37,035 nucleotides of DNA from a virus (Duplodnaviria > Caudoviricetes): the IMG/VR virus record IMGVR_UViG_3300042468_000248, positions 1 to 37,035 of that record. One strand, given 5' to 3'. The translations under genes were made by a program, and so were the position numbers. Shown one piece after another: positions 1-8,473 of this stretch. Position 1 is the stretch's first letter. Every line of letters begins with the position of its first letter. The notes under the pieces were generated by a model that saw only the letters and a list, made by a program, of their open reading frames with translations, did no database searches and was not told where the DNA came from.

Positions 1-352
1 ACCGGCGGTCGGCAGCTTGCTGACCGTGGCGAGGGCGTGCGTCGGGCCGTACACAGCCGGCAGGAACTCAACATCGACGAACTCAGTCGCAGCCGAGGTC
101 ACGGTGTTTTGCACCACAAACTGCTGGAGCGCACCAGTGGACTCGCGGGTCTGCGGGTTGACCGCATACACGCCAGCAATGGTGAACACGTCGCCAGGCA
201 CCAAGGTCAAGCTATCGGTCACGTTGTCGAGCGTCAGCTTGCTGGCGCCGTTGACAAGCGTGGTCTTCACAATCGGGGTGTCCGCGCGCGAAGCCGAGCC
301 GTTGGTGTGCTGCTTGATCGACTGAGACATGTTGATCTCGTCGTAGCCGAGG
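1..352. repeat. Terminal overlap, copy 1 (matches 36684..37035, ~92% identity)
   Basis: Manual alignment: identical flanks (1-68 and 293-352) and ~27 substitutions in between, no indels. Confidence 0.95.
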
Positions 353-951
353 ATGCCTTCGCCCATCATGCCGTTCTTGAACTGGCGGCTGATCGAATCA
401 ACCGGGTTGAACAAGCCCTTCATGCCTTCGACGAGGCTAGCATTGGCAGCCGGGTTGACGGTGGCGTAGCGCGGGGCCATGCCAGCGGCAGCTTCGTTCA
501 GCTTCTGCTGCGCCTGCAACAGAACGAGCGAGGTGCCGGGGGTGACGCCAGGCGTACCGACCGACTGAAACACGTTTTTGTACGAGTTCGCCACGTCGGC
601 GTCAATGCTGGAAGCGAGCTGGCTGATACGCGGCTTGAGCACGCGCTCGGCAAAGTCGTCCAACTGAAGGGCCATTTCGGCGCTGGTGAAGTTGACGCCA
701 ATGTGCTTCTGCGAGGCGACGGTAAGCGTGGTGAACTGCTCATTGTCGTCCTGAACCTGAAGCGCAGCGCCGTCGGTCACAAGAGCGCGATCCGGCAGAC
801 GGATGCGGAGGGTCGAACCGATTTTGGCACCTTCGACAGCGAAGCTGTCGTCGTACTGACGGTTCACGTTACGGGTGATTACGAGGTTGTTCTCCAGGAT
901 TTCCAGAGCCTTCCGCGTAATCATGTCAATAGTAAGAAGTGTATTAGCCAC
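1..951 (-). CDS. Major capsid protein, P22 coat (gp5)-like, 5' part; continues across the circular junction into 36423..36683 (about 403 aa in total)
   Basis: Absent from the ORF track because it runs off the contig end. Read manually: GTG at 951 after a GGAG SD gives MANTLLTIDMITRKALEILENNLVITRNVNRQYDDSFAVEGAKIGSTLRIRLPDR. It follows the scaffold gene and is in frame with the C-terminal part at the other end. Confidence 0.92.
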   Translation of the reverse strand, partial: MANTLLTIDMITRKALEILENNLVITRNVNRQYDDSFAVEGAKIGSTLRIRLPDRALVTDGAALQVQDDNEQFTTLTVASQKHIGVNFTSAEMALQLDDFAERVLKPRISQLASSIDADVANSYKNVFQSVGTPGVTPGTSLVLLQAQQKLNEAAAGMAPRYATVNPAANASLVEGMKGLFNPVDSISRQFKNGMMGEGILGYDEINMSQSIKQHTNGSASRADTPIVKTTLVNGASKLTLDNVTDSLTLVPGDVFTIAGVYAVNPQTRESTGALQQFVVQNTVTSAATEFVDVEFLPAVYGPTHALATVSKLPTAG

Positions 952-972
952 AATAAATCTCCAAAAAAGAAG

Positions 973-1749
973 TTAGCGGTTACGTCGCGCTTCCCACTGT
1001 TTAATCTGTCTCAGGCGCTCGGCTTCAATCCACTCCGACGTGCTCATGTCCTTAACTGAGCGTGGGTCCGTCGTGTCTCGGGCCGGCGCGCCTACGGTTT
1101 TAGCCGTCACAGGCTTAATCGGCGGGGGCGCGTTGGTTGTTCGTTTGACCGGCGGATTGTCGGTCAACTTGACCTCAATCTTACCGATCTCCTTGGCTTG
1201 CAGGTAGGGCGACAGGCGGGAAATACGTTCAGCTTCACGGGGGTTGGAACCTAAGTAGTATGCTACGTCGGGGCCAACTTCTGAAGCCTGAATCGTCTCG
1301 GCCATTACGTTCGTGATTGGCAAGGCTTTGTTGTACACGACTTGTTCAAAGTCGTCGTACTTGTCAAAGGCCGCTTCCTCACGTTCCTTATAGGCCATCA
1401 ACAGCTCGCGCTGCTGCCGGTCTGCCTCCCGTTTGGCCAGCAACTCCTCGGCTTTGCGGGTTGCCAAAGCATCCGCGTAAGCGTCGGGGTCGATGTCCCG
1501 GTCAGGCAGCGTGGCGGGCGTCTGAGCTTGGGACTCAGGCGCTTTTAGCGCTTGCTCTCGCTCCCACTTGCGACGTTCCCGTGCAAGTCTTTTGCCTACC
1601 AGTGCGTCGAGCTCCTCTTGGGAGAACGTCTTAGCAGGCTTTTCTTCCGGCTTTTCGGCCTCTTGGGCCACTATTTCGGGTTCCGGTGCTGCCGTAGCTT
1701 CCGGTTCCGGCGCGGGTACTTGTTCCGCTACTACTTCATTTTCAGACAT
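973..1749 (-). CDS. Capsid scaffolding protein
   Basis: Acidic Glu/Pro-rich N-terminus, KTFSQEELDALVGKRLARERRKWERE coiled coil, C-terminal DMSTSEWIEAER helix; directly upstream of the coat gene; AAGGA SD. Confidence 0.85.
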   Translation of the reverse strand: MSENEVVAEQVPAPEPEATAAPEPEIVAQEAEKPEEKPAKTFSQEELDALVGKRLARERRKWEREQALKAPESQAQTPATLPDRDIDPDAYADALATRKAEELLAKREADRQQRELLMAYKEREEAAFDKYDDFEQVVYNKALPITNVMAETIQASEVGPDVAYYLGSNPREAERISRLSPYLQAKEIGKIEVKLTDNPPVKRTTNAPPPIKPVTAKTVGAPARDTTDPRSVKDMSTSEWIEAERLRQIKQWEARRNR

Positions 1750-1794
1750 TGTGATTCCTTACGAATCCCTGGTCAATCGGGCCAGTACGAATTT

Positions 1795-1803
1795 AGTATA
1801 GCA
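1795..1803 (-). promoter_or_regulatory. Candidate extended -10 promoter (TGcTATACT) for scaffold/capsid genes
   Basis: Minus strand reads ttttTGcTATACT ~45 nt upstream of the scaffold ATG in an AT-rich gap; no clear -35. Confidence 0.5.
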
Positions 1804-1814
1804 AAAAGAATAGT

Positions 1815-2609
1815 TTACGCTTTGATTTCGGTAAAGACCCAATTTAGTGCGCCGCCAAGGACGCCGTTTCCGCCGCCATCGCCCGACACGTTAGTGCGCA
1901 GATCAAGGCGGGGGCTTCGACTGTCGTATCGGCTAAATCCGCCAAGTTTTACGGTAACGCTGGACCCGCTGATGCTTGTCTTAAACCCCTGAATCATTAA
2001 AGGAGCATCCGGTACGTATGTTGCTCCGCAGGACACATCAGTGCCATCAATTTGCAGATACCATGCAAACGCATCGCCAGCATTGCTGAACAAAAGGCGT
2101 CCACCACATACCGAAACAATAAGTGTACTGCCGGCGGTCAAACCAGTAATTGTCTGGTTAAATTCGGAGTTGTAATACAACTCGTCAGTATTTGTGCCGG
2201 TGTATAAATCTTTTAGAGCGTTAGGGGCATAACTTGCAACTTTAGTTTGCAACACTTGCCCAGATGCCGGAGCAACATAATCTGTCCCGGCAGAGGCAAT
2301 TGACAATACGCCTGTGGATGTCGTGTTTTTAACAATTCCTGTTGTAAGGGAACCTAAAAACTGTGCCCCACTTAGTCCGGCATCCGCAGTGCCTTGCACT
2401 ACAAATTTATTAGAGAACGCAACATCAGCTGATCCGTCAACCGAATTGCCTGCCAGATTTCGTGCAGTTGTCCACTTGGCAGCACTGCCAGCATTAAAGT
2501 TTGATACAGAGACTTTAACGGTGCTGGCGCTTTGAACAATTGGCAATACTTCAGTTCCGGTCAGCGGGACTGCGGCATTGCTCAACTGCGATATTTTCTT
2601 GTCTGCCAT
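1815..2609 (-). CDS. Fibre-like virion protein with MADKKISQL N-terminal domain
   Basis: N-terminus MADKKISQLSNAAVPLTGTEVLPIVQ, fibre-type segment AAKWTTARNLAGNSVDGSADV, Thr/Ser/Gly-rich. Confidence 0.7.
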   Translation of the reverse strand: MADKKISQLSNAAVPLTGTEVLPIVQSASTVKVSVSNFNAGSAAKWTTARNLAGNSVDGSADVAFSNKFVVQGTADAGLSGAQFLGSLTTGIVKNTTSTGVLSIASAGTDYVAPASGQVLQTKVASYAPNALKDLYTGTNTDELYYNSEFNQTITGLTAGSTLIVSVCGGRLLFSNAGDAFAWYLQIDGTDVSCGATYVPDAPLMIQGFKTSISGSSVTVKLGGFSRYDSRSPRLDLRTNVSGDGGGNGVLGGALNWVFTEIKA

Positions 2610-2622
2610 AAATTACTCCGAA

Positions 2623-4908
2623 TTAAATCGGTTCAAACTGAACCAAAGCGCCAATGACTGTGTTAAACGGCACAGCCACAGTTTGTGGGGCATCGTTATA
2701 CGTCGGGGTTAAATCTACTTGAACAACATGACCGCCCGCCGTCACCATAGCTTTGTCAAACGCATTTCCAGCGCCGGTAAACAGAATGGAAGACGTGTTA
2801 ATTTGATTGCACTCAATCATGCTTGCCGTTGCGGGCATAGAGCCAGTTCCTTTATTAACAAAAGCGTTGTTAGACAACATTACTTGGCTAAACAACGGGT
2901 TTCCTTGCGTGATGAACAAACCGCTTTCAGTTGCAAACGGCATATACCATCTGTTGTTTGAAAATGTTAATTGCAGATGATATTCCGTCGCGCTTGCGCC
3001 GCCTTCGGTCTGGAACCGCAATTGACGCCTAATGTCACAGTTTGTGATGCGCTTCGGCGATTCGGTATTTTCAATTAGGCCCACGCTTACCGTTGCACGA
3101 TTGATAGATGACGGATTCGCGTCCGCGATAATGCAGTTGTCAATCCACCAACCAGGGTCAAATCGAATGTCGCCACGATAGTCAAACAAATCGCAATCGG
3201 TAACGCGCAAAGTCCCATCGCTTCCCGCATTGTTAGGCTTGCGCAAACAAACGTTTGTTTTGTCAAATTTAAGGGACGATCCACTAAGTAATTGAAACGC
3301 CCCCATGATATAGCCAAATGACAAGTTTTGAGAATTTGAAATCGTAATGTTTGCACGACAACGAAAGTCGCCAGCGCCGCCGTAATCGTTAAGGCCTGAT
3401 GCGGTAATGTCGCCAAATTTTCCAGACGTACAGGTTTCAAAAACAGTTCGAGCAGCGGTATCCACTGCCCCCGCCGCAGTCAACCATGCAGTTTGCAATC
3501 CATTGACATTAATGACGAACTGTTTTGCAGTTGCTGCTGCTGCTGCGGAGTTGGCAATACAGATCGCGCCCCACTCTGTATTTGCTGGAGATAGTGACCC
3601 GAAATCAATCATCTCCATGCGCATATTAGTGATGTTGTAAGTTACTGCATTACTTGCGCCAGCGGACAACTCGCTTTGCAGCCATATTCCGTTTCCATAA
3701 CCCGCCGAGACAGGATTTCCTGTTGGAGCTAATGCCGATGCACTTGATGCAATGCACTGTCCAAAGCAATCGGTAACGTTAATGTTGGCTTGTTTTTCAA
3801 ACCCACCAACAAAACGACCAAACTTATATACACGGATGGCAGAGCAGTTTACATACGAATGATTTGACGCATACGCCTGTCCTGTCGCATAAAAATTGCC
3901 AGACGCTAAAAACCCTGAACCGGACGAATTAACTTGACAGTTTGTTAAAACAACATCCTGCCCAATTTCCGTCCAGAATCCATAGTTAGATTCCGGCAAA
4001 ATACCATCGTGCCCAAGTTCAGCATAACAATCCGAAAACCGAACATGGGACGGCGTTCTCTCGATTGCAACGTCACCAAACTCTAAAACAAATCCGATGC
4101 GTTGATAGTCATATCCTGTGCAGCCATGAACAACTACGTTGTTGACGCCGCCAAAATAAAACGAATCGCCATAAATTCCGCGAGTTCTTTGAATATAACA
4201 GTCCGAAACAATCAAGTTTTTACAGGCTTGATTACCGTCAAATTGATTGTCTGCGCGGAATCCTGCGCGTAGAAAATTCTTAAACGTGCAATCTTGTACA
4301 ATTGCGTTTTGCGCGCCACGAAGCACTACGCCATATATTTGCGACCAAAAAGTTTCGCTTGCGCTGTCGCCTGCCGCTACATAGGTGCCAATAGGCGGAT
4401 CGTTGTTTGGGACTGTCGGAGTTGAAGCCGTTGTGACCTGGCCATCAAATGTTAGCCCTTTCAACACCAATCCAGTTTTGTTGAACTGAGTTAGCGTAAA
4501 ATAAGCCGTCGTACTGCCAAAATCCAAACGACGAATTGTGGCGTCATTGTTAGCAAACCATGACGTAGTTTGATTTAGCGCAACCCCCGCTGCGGTGGTA
4601 TTAATACCGTAAATTCCCGCCGGAAAATATAACGCTTTATTTTGTGCTGCGGCAGCATTGTTTGCGGCTTGAATGGCAGCAAAATCATTTGTAGTGCCGT
4701 CGCCGACCGCGCCAAAGTCTTTAACGCTAATACTTTCTCGCAATTTTTCCTGAATAGTGCGAGTAATTGCGCTGGAACCAGCAGGTAAAAAACCAAACTG
4801 GTCAATAGCCGCTTTTTTGGTAACGCCGCCTTGAAGCGCCGGAACAACATCTGACGGCGAAACCGGCGACGTTGCGGCAGGAAGTTCAGAAATTTTAATG
4901 ATCGCCAT
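2623..4908 (-). CDS. Tailspike / putative polysaccharide depolymerase (pectate-lyase-like beta-helix)
   Basis: RTIQEKLRESISVKDFGAVGDGTTNDFAAIQAA...LYFPAGIY is the typical start of a beta-helix tailspike; repeated I/V-x-D/N-C rungs; Asn/Cys-rich; 761 aa. Confidence 0.85.
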   Translation of the reverse strand: MAIIKISELPAATSPVSPSDVVPALQGGVTKKAAIDQFGFLPAGSSAITRTIQEKLRESISVKDFGAVGDGTTNDFAAIQAANNAAAAQNKALYFPAGIYGINTTAAGVALNQTTSWFANNDATIRRLDFGSTTAYFTLTQFNKTGLVLKGLTFDGQVTTASTPTVPNNDPPIGTYVAAGDSASETFWSQIYGVVLRGAQNAIVQDCTFKNFLRAGFRADNQFDGNQACKNLIVSDCYIQRTRGIYGDSFYFGGVNNVVVHGCTGYDYQRIGFVLEFGDVAIERTPSHVRFSDCYAELGHDGILPESNYGFWTEIGQDVVLTNCQVNSSGSGFLASGNFYATGQAYASNHSYVNCSAIRVYKFGRFVGGFEKQANINVTDCFGQCIASSASALAPTGNPVSAGYGNGIWLQSELSAGASNAVTYNITNMRMEMIDFGSLSPANTEWGAICIANSAAAAATAKQFVINVNGLQTAWLTAAGAVDTAARTVFETCTSGKFGDITASGLNDYGGAGDFRCRANITISNSQNLSFGYIMGAFQLLSGSSLKFDKTNVCLRKPNNAGSDGTLRVTDCDLFDYRGDIRFDPGWWIDNCIIADANPSSINRATVSVGLIENTESPKRITNCDIRRQLRFQTEGGASATEYHLQLTFSNNRWYMPFATESGLFITQGNPLFSQVMLSNNAFVNKGTGSMPATASMIECNQINTSSILFTGAGNAFDKAMVTAGGHVVQVDLTPTYNDAPQTVAVPFNTVIGALVQFEPI

Positions 4909-4911
4909 GTA

Positions 4912-5076
4912 TTACTCCAACAGCAGTTGGCCGCCGTCTTCCTGAACCAAGTTGTCGCCCGCTTCGGTCAATAAGTTGCCGACAGATGCGCCGCTATCAA
5001 GCGTGCCTGAAAACAGCGTAATTACGGCTCCAAGGCCAATTGCTACGCCGTTTCGCAGTGCGACCCCCCAACTCAT
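4912..5076 (-). CDS. Small 54-aa virion protein with C-terminal LLTEAGDNLVQEDGGQLLLE motif
   Basis: Below the ORF-track cut-off. Read manually: MSWGVALRNGVAIGLGAVITLFSGTLDSGASVGNLLTEAGDNLVQEDGGQLLLE. ATGA overlap with the upstream gene; it fills the gap and its 3' end supplies the GGAG SD of the tailspike. Confidence 0.8.
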   Translation of the reverse strand: MSWGVALRNGVAIGLGAVITLFSGTLDSGASVGNLLTEAGDNLVQEDGGQLLLE

Positions 5077-5375
5077 CGGATGTTAATGGGCTTTGCGTAC
5101 ACGTCGCCGTCAGCGCTAACGCGGATCGCACTTACTCGCCAGGGCGCGCCAGTGCCTTGCGGCACAATAAACGGAATCGGCGTGTACGCCGGGATCGGAG
5201 TGCTGGAGGTCGTCGCGGTGACGCCTTCGCCCACAACGATATACGCCGGGGTCGTTGCCCATACCACCACGCCCTGCGGGCCCGCCTGCCAAGTTGCCGT
5301 ATCGCCCGCCGTGCCGGTGTAAGAAACCGTACGACCGGGGTATACGGCATCGGCCATCGGATTAAGAAGTTCCAT
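5073..5375 (-). CDS. Hypothetical beta-rich virion protein (100 aa)
   Basis: Tightly packed in the operon with a GAGG SD; Thr/Val/Pro-rich beta-strand pattern. Confidence 0.7.
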   Translation of the reverse strand: MELLNPMADAVYPGRTVSYTGTAGDTATWQAGPQGVVVWATTPAYIVVGEGVTATTSSTPIPAYTPIPFIVPQGTGAPWRVSAIRVSADGDVYAKPINIR

Positions 5376-5384
5376 GCTCTACCC

Positions 5385-5747
5385 TCACGCTAAAAAGCGC
5401 AGTTTGTACAAAGTGCTCAAGTAAAGAGCCACAATTTCGTCAATAATGTTCTGAATTGCAGTCTCATCTTCGTCGCAAAACTTGTAGCGATTGGCTTCAA
5501 TTTCGGCCAAAGACTCCTGCAAAAACTCAATGACGTTGCCGGTTTTCTTGGCCGATTGCAACGTAATCGGGCCGATCAGGCCATGACGGCCCTGATAAGC
5601 CTCCGCGAACGAGTCCGCCAAATCTATTACCTTGTCGTAAAACGATCCCAGAGCTTTGTGCTTGGCATAGCTACGCGTATTGAGATGCACCGAGTGAGTG
5701 ACATCTCGCGCTAGGAATAGGTGCCCGACAAAATCTGCTGGTTTCAT
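5385..5747 (-). CDS. Ferritin/Dps-like four-helix protein (DUF5856-like)
   Basis: HSVHLNTRSYAKHKALGSFYDKVIDLADSFAEAYQG resembles the Dps H...H...D-x-x-A-E pattern; ends LYKLRFLA; ATGA overlap with the portal stop. Confidence 0.7.
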   Translation of the reverse strand: MKPADFVGHLFLARDVTHSVHLNTRSYAKHKALGSFYDKVIDLADSFAEAYQGRHGLIGPITLQSAKKTGNVIEFLQESLAEIEANRYKFCDEDETAIQNIIDEIVALYLSTLYKLRFLA

Positions 5748-7912
5748 TGCGGCGGTAACTCCGTGCCCATTTCAGGCATTGTCCGTTGGGCGGTCGGCGG
5801 CACAAGCTCGCCATTTGACATCATACCGGCCAAAGTGCCCATTATGATGTCTTGAATCTGCTGCTCATTCAAGCCACTTTCGACTGCTTTGATGCGATCG
5901 GTCTCAGCGCTATACGCTTTAACCTCTGCCTCAAACTCTTTGATCTGCACCTCGCGGGCTTCCATTGACTGCTGCACGCGCTGGAGCATCTCCTGCATCA
6001 TCTGCATTTCCTGCGCCATAACCTGCATCTGCTGGTTGGCCGCTTGGAGTGCCGGGTCTTCCTCATCCGCCAAGAGCTTCGGATCAATGACCTTTTGGAG
6101 CCGCTTGCTGATTTCTTGAGCGCCCGGCCAGTCCATGTTCTTGACGAACAAGTCGCCCGCAACCTGCCACAAGTTCGGGTTGGCTTGCAAAATTTGCCCC
6201 ATCGCGTCCATGGCTTCCTGACGCTTGGTCGCGTAGGACGGGCCGGTCGTGACCGCCACGTCGTACTTACCGACCGACGGGTTGTAAATCTTTTCAATCA
6301 CAATACCCGTTTCGTCCATTAACCGGCGGACCGGCTCGGCTTGCATCGGGTTGATCTTGACCGTTGCGGTCTCTCCGTCAATGCCGATAATTCGCGCGAT
6401 ACGCTGGGTATCGTAAATTTTCGGAATCAAGTCAACGAGTTGGCGCGTCCCATAGCGAATGGCCCGAGCTAGGTTATCTACAAAGTGGTATGTGCCTGTG
6501 TCGCCTTGCCGTTCACGCGCCAAAATGGCTCGACCCGTGCGCTCATTGGACCGCATACCGAGGCTGGCATCATATTGGCCGGTCGCGGCCTTGATGTCGT
6601 CGGCAGCGCCCATCTTCGCCTGGATCAAGCCCGTCTGGGCAAGCGGCGGCGGGGCACGTCGTGGCAGCGGCAGGACTGCGCCCTGACCGTCTGTCACGTC
6701 GGGATTAACTTCTAAGTACGGCCAATTGGTTGTGTTGGCCGTCTTCCATTGCTGTTCGTAACCTTCAAACTGACCGCCGTAGCCGATGAACGGCGCCTTG
6801 GGCGCGAGGGCCAGCATTTCGGCTTCCTGCGATACCCAATAGTTGTACATGCGCTGTGCGTCCTTGGCGTTGCGCACCAAGCCCGACACGTACATGCGGC
6901 CTTCAACTTCAAACTCGTTGCCGATTACACGAATGACCGGAATCCACTTGCCCGGCCACTCGCTTTCTTCAAGAATTTCGTAGCCGTTAGTCTTGACCCA
7001 TTTGACGCGTTTTACGTCAACTTCACGCTTGCGGATCGGCTGAAGGCCAAGCATTTCCAGCTCTTGCGCTTCGGGCGACCTTTCAAACGCCGTTTGGTTG
7101 CCGGCGTAGAGATTCAGCGTCTCGCGCGTGTGTTCCTTGTAGAAATACTCCGCAATACGGATCGTATTTTCGTTAATCCATTGCGAAAGCGCCTGATCGC
7201 CGACGCCGCGCTGCAAAACCGACGAAATCGGCTCTGCGTCAGGATACATGCGCTCAAAATCCGCCTTTGGAATGTCCTCGGTGATGAAGCACCACTCCGC
7301 ATCCGCGCCACAAGGGTCTTGGATGGTCGGGTCCATGTACACACTGAAGCTATTTCGGATACGGCCTATGCGAAGGTCTTGATCGAACGTGTTTTCGTCG
7401 CAGTATTCCGTTAAAATGCGGAAATACCCTTCGCCGTAGGTGACTTGGTTGTCACAAGCGGTGTCGTACGCGACATCCGCATCCGAAATGTACTCAATAT
7501 GACGGACAATTCCGTCAAATATCTCAGCGACCTCAATATCTGCCTTGTCATCGACCGGAATGACCTTGCCCGAGGGCCGATTCTGTCGCTGATCGTTGGT
7601 CACTTGCCGCACATGCTGCGGCAGCTTGTTGATCGTTAGGCACGGACGGGCGTTGACCGTCTGTCCTTGCACCGAGCCGCGCGTCGCCAACACGTCTTGG
7701 GGCCACTGCCACTGATTGTCCGGCGATCCTGCCATGAAACGCAGGTCATCCAGCTCGTCTTCTCGGCTGTCAGAGTACGCCGAGAGGGCCATTGTCAGGC
7801 GCGAGCGCGCCGTGGCCAGTACATCGGCTGGGTCGCGGGCGGCTTTGCCCCGGTTGGTCGGCGTGTTGGCGACGCGAGCGGCGCCTCTAAGCCCTGTAGG
7901 GTCTTTAGCCAT
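5744..7912 (-). CDS. Portal protein, P22 gp1-like
   Basis: 722 aa; RPCLTINKLPQHVRQVTNDQRQNRP, GLVRNAKDAQRMYNYW, GKYDVAVTTGPSYATKRQEA; Gln/Met-rich C-terminal barrel helix; downstream of terL. Confidence 0.93.
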   Translation of the reverse strand: MAKDPTGLRGAARVANTPTNRGKAARDPADVLATARSRLTMALSAYSDSREDELDDLRFMAGSPDNQWQWPQDVLATRGSVQGQTVNARPCLTINKLPQHVRQVTNDQRQNRPSGKVIPVDDKADIEVAEIFDGIVRHIEYISDADVAYDTACDNQVTYGEGYFRILTEYCDENTFDQDLRIGRIRNSFSVYMDPTIQDPCGADAEWCFITEDIPKADFERMYPDAEPISSVLQRGVGDQALSQWINENTIRIAEYFYKEHTRETLNLYAGNQTAFERSPEAQELEMLGLQPIRKREVDVKRVKWVKTNGYEILEESEWPGKWIPVIRVIGNEFEVEGRMYVSGLVRNAKDAQRMYNYWVSQEAEMLALAPKAPFIGYGGQFEGYEQQWKTANTTNWPYLEVNPDVTDGQGAVLPLPRRAPPPLAQTGLIQAKMGAADDIKAATGQYDASLGMRSNERTGRAILARERQGDTGTYHFVDNLARAIRYGTRQLVDLIPKIYDTQRIARIIGIDGETATVKINPMQAEPVRRLMDETGIVIEKIYNPSVGKYDVAVTTGPSYATKRQEAMDAMGQILQANPNLWQVAGDLFVKNMDWPGAQEISKRLQKVIDPKLLADEEDPALQAANQQMQVMAQEMQMMQEMLQRVQQSMEAREVQIKEFEAEVKAYSAETDRIKAVESGLNEQQIQDIIMGTLAGMMSNGELVPPTAQRTMPEMGTELPPQ

Positions 7913-8052
7913 TACTTGCGCTTCTTACCTTGTGCCTTACGTTTAACCGCGTACGCGATCGCCACGGCCTGTTTCTGCGGTTTGCCGCGCGCCATTTCCG
8001 CTTTAATGTTCTTACGGAACGCGCCTTTGCTAGCAGACTTAACAAGGGGCAT
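7912..8052 (-). CDS. Small basic protein (46 aa)
   Basis: Read manually: MPLVKSASKGAFRKNIKAEMARGKPQKQAVAIAYAVKRKAQGKKRK; GAGG SD; TAATG coupling to the portal start. Confidence 0.8.
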   Translation of the reverse strand: MPLVKSASKGAFRKNIKAEMARGKPQKQAVAIAYAVKRKAQGKKRK

Positions 8053-8054
8053 AC

Positions 8055-8210
8055 TTATTTCCTCTTTTTAGCCGTTTTGGCCGACTGACGGAACGCCTTG
8101 GCGGTCGGCGCCCCCTTGCTACCCGGTTTGCGCATCTTCTCACCACTACCGGCTGCGATGCGCGCCCGCTTAGCGTGAATGTTCGCGTAAAGACCTTTCT
8201 TACTAGCCAT
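8055..8210 (-). CDS. Small basic protein (51 aa)
   Basis: Read manually: MASKKGLYANIHAKRARIAAGSGEKMRKPGSKGAPTAKAFRQSAKTAKKRK; TAATG coupling to the upstream gene. Confidence 0.8.
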   Translation of the reverse strand: MASKKGLYANIHAKRARIAAGSGEKMRKPGSKGAPTAKAFRQSAKTAKKRK

Positions 8211-8473
8211 TAGCCACACTTCCAGCGTCTGAGCGACGCCCTTGCTCGTTCAGCCGGCCCCTTGGCCTTAGCCACCACGCCCTTCATGCGCGCACAGAAC
8301 GACTTCTTACGTCCCGCGTCCGCCTTAGTCTTAGGGTTGGGTGCTGGCGCCTTGAGCTTACTGCCCGTAGCGCGGTTGTACTTCGCTCGGCCCTTGGCCG
8401 TCAAGCCCGCGCCCTTAGACACGGGCTGCTTCTCGCCTCGTCCCACCGACAGACTGACCGACTTGCGTGCCAT
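8210..8473 (-). CDS. Small basic protein (87 aa, DUF6321-like)
   Basis: GAGLTAKGRAKYNRATGSKLKAP...RKKSFCARMKG...SLRRWKC. Start placed at MARKS (8473), a TGATG overlap with the terL stop, rather than at 8488. Confidence 0.8.
   Translation of the reverse strand: MARKSVSLSVGRGEKQPVSKGAGLTAKGRAKYNRATGSKLKAPAPNPKTKADAGRKKSFCARMKGVVAKAKGPAERARASLRRWKCG

Noticed and set aside
1-352. Diversity-generating retroelement TR/VR pair, or a true direct terminal repeat
   Set aside because: The differences are not adenine-specific (many C/G swaps), are mostly synonymous, and no reverse transcriptase is encoded. A physical terminal repeat would be identical, so an assembly overlap of two alleles fits better.
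37-1059. 340-aa plus-strand ORF and other long antisense ORFs (e.g. 6749..7414, 16885..17550, 22692..23456, 33391..33948)
   Set aside because: They are shadows of well-supported genes on the opposite strand in GC-rich DNA, with no recognisable motifs.
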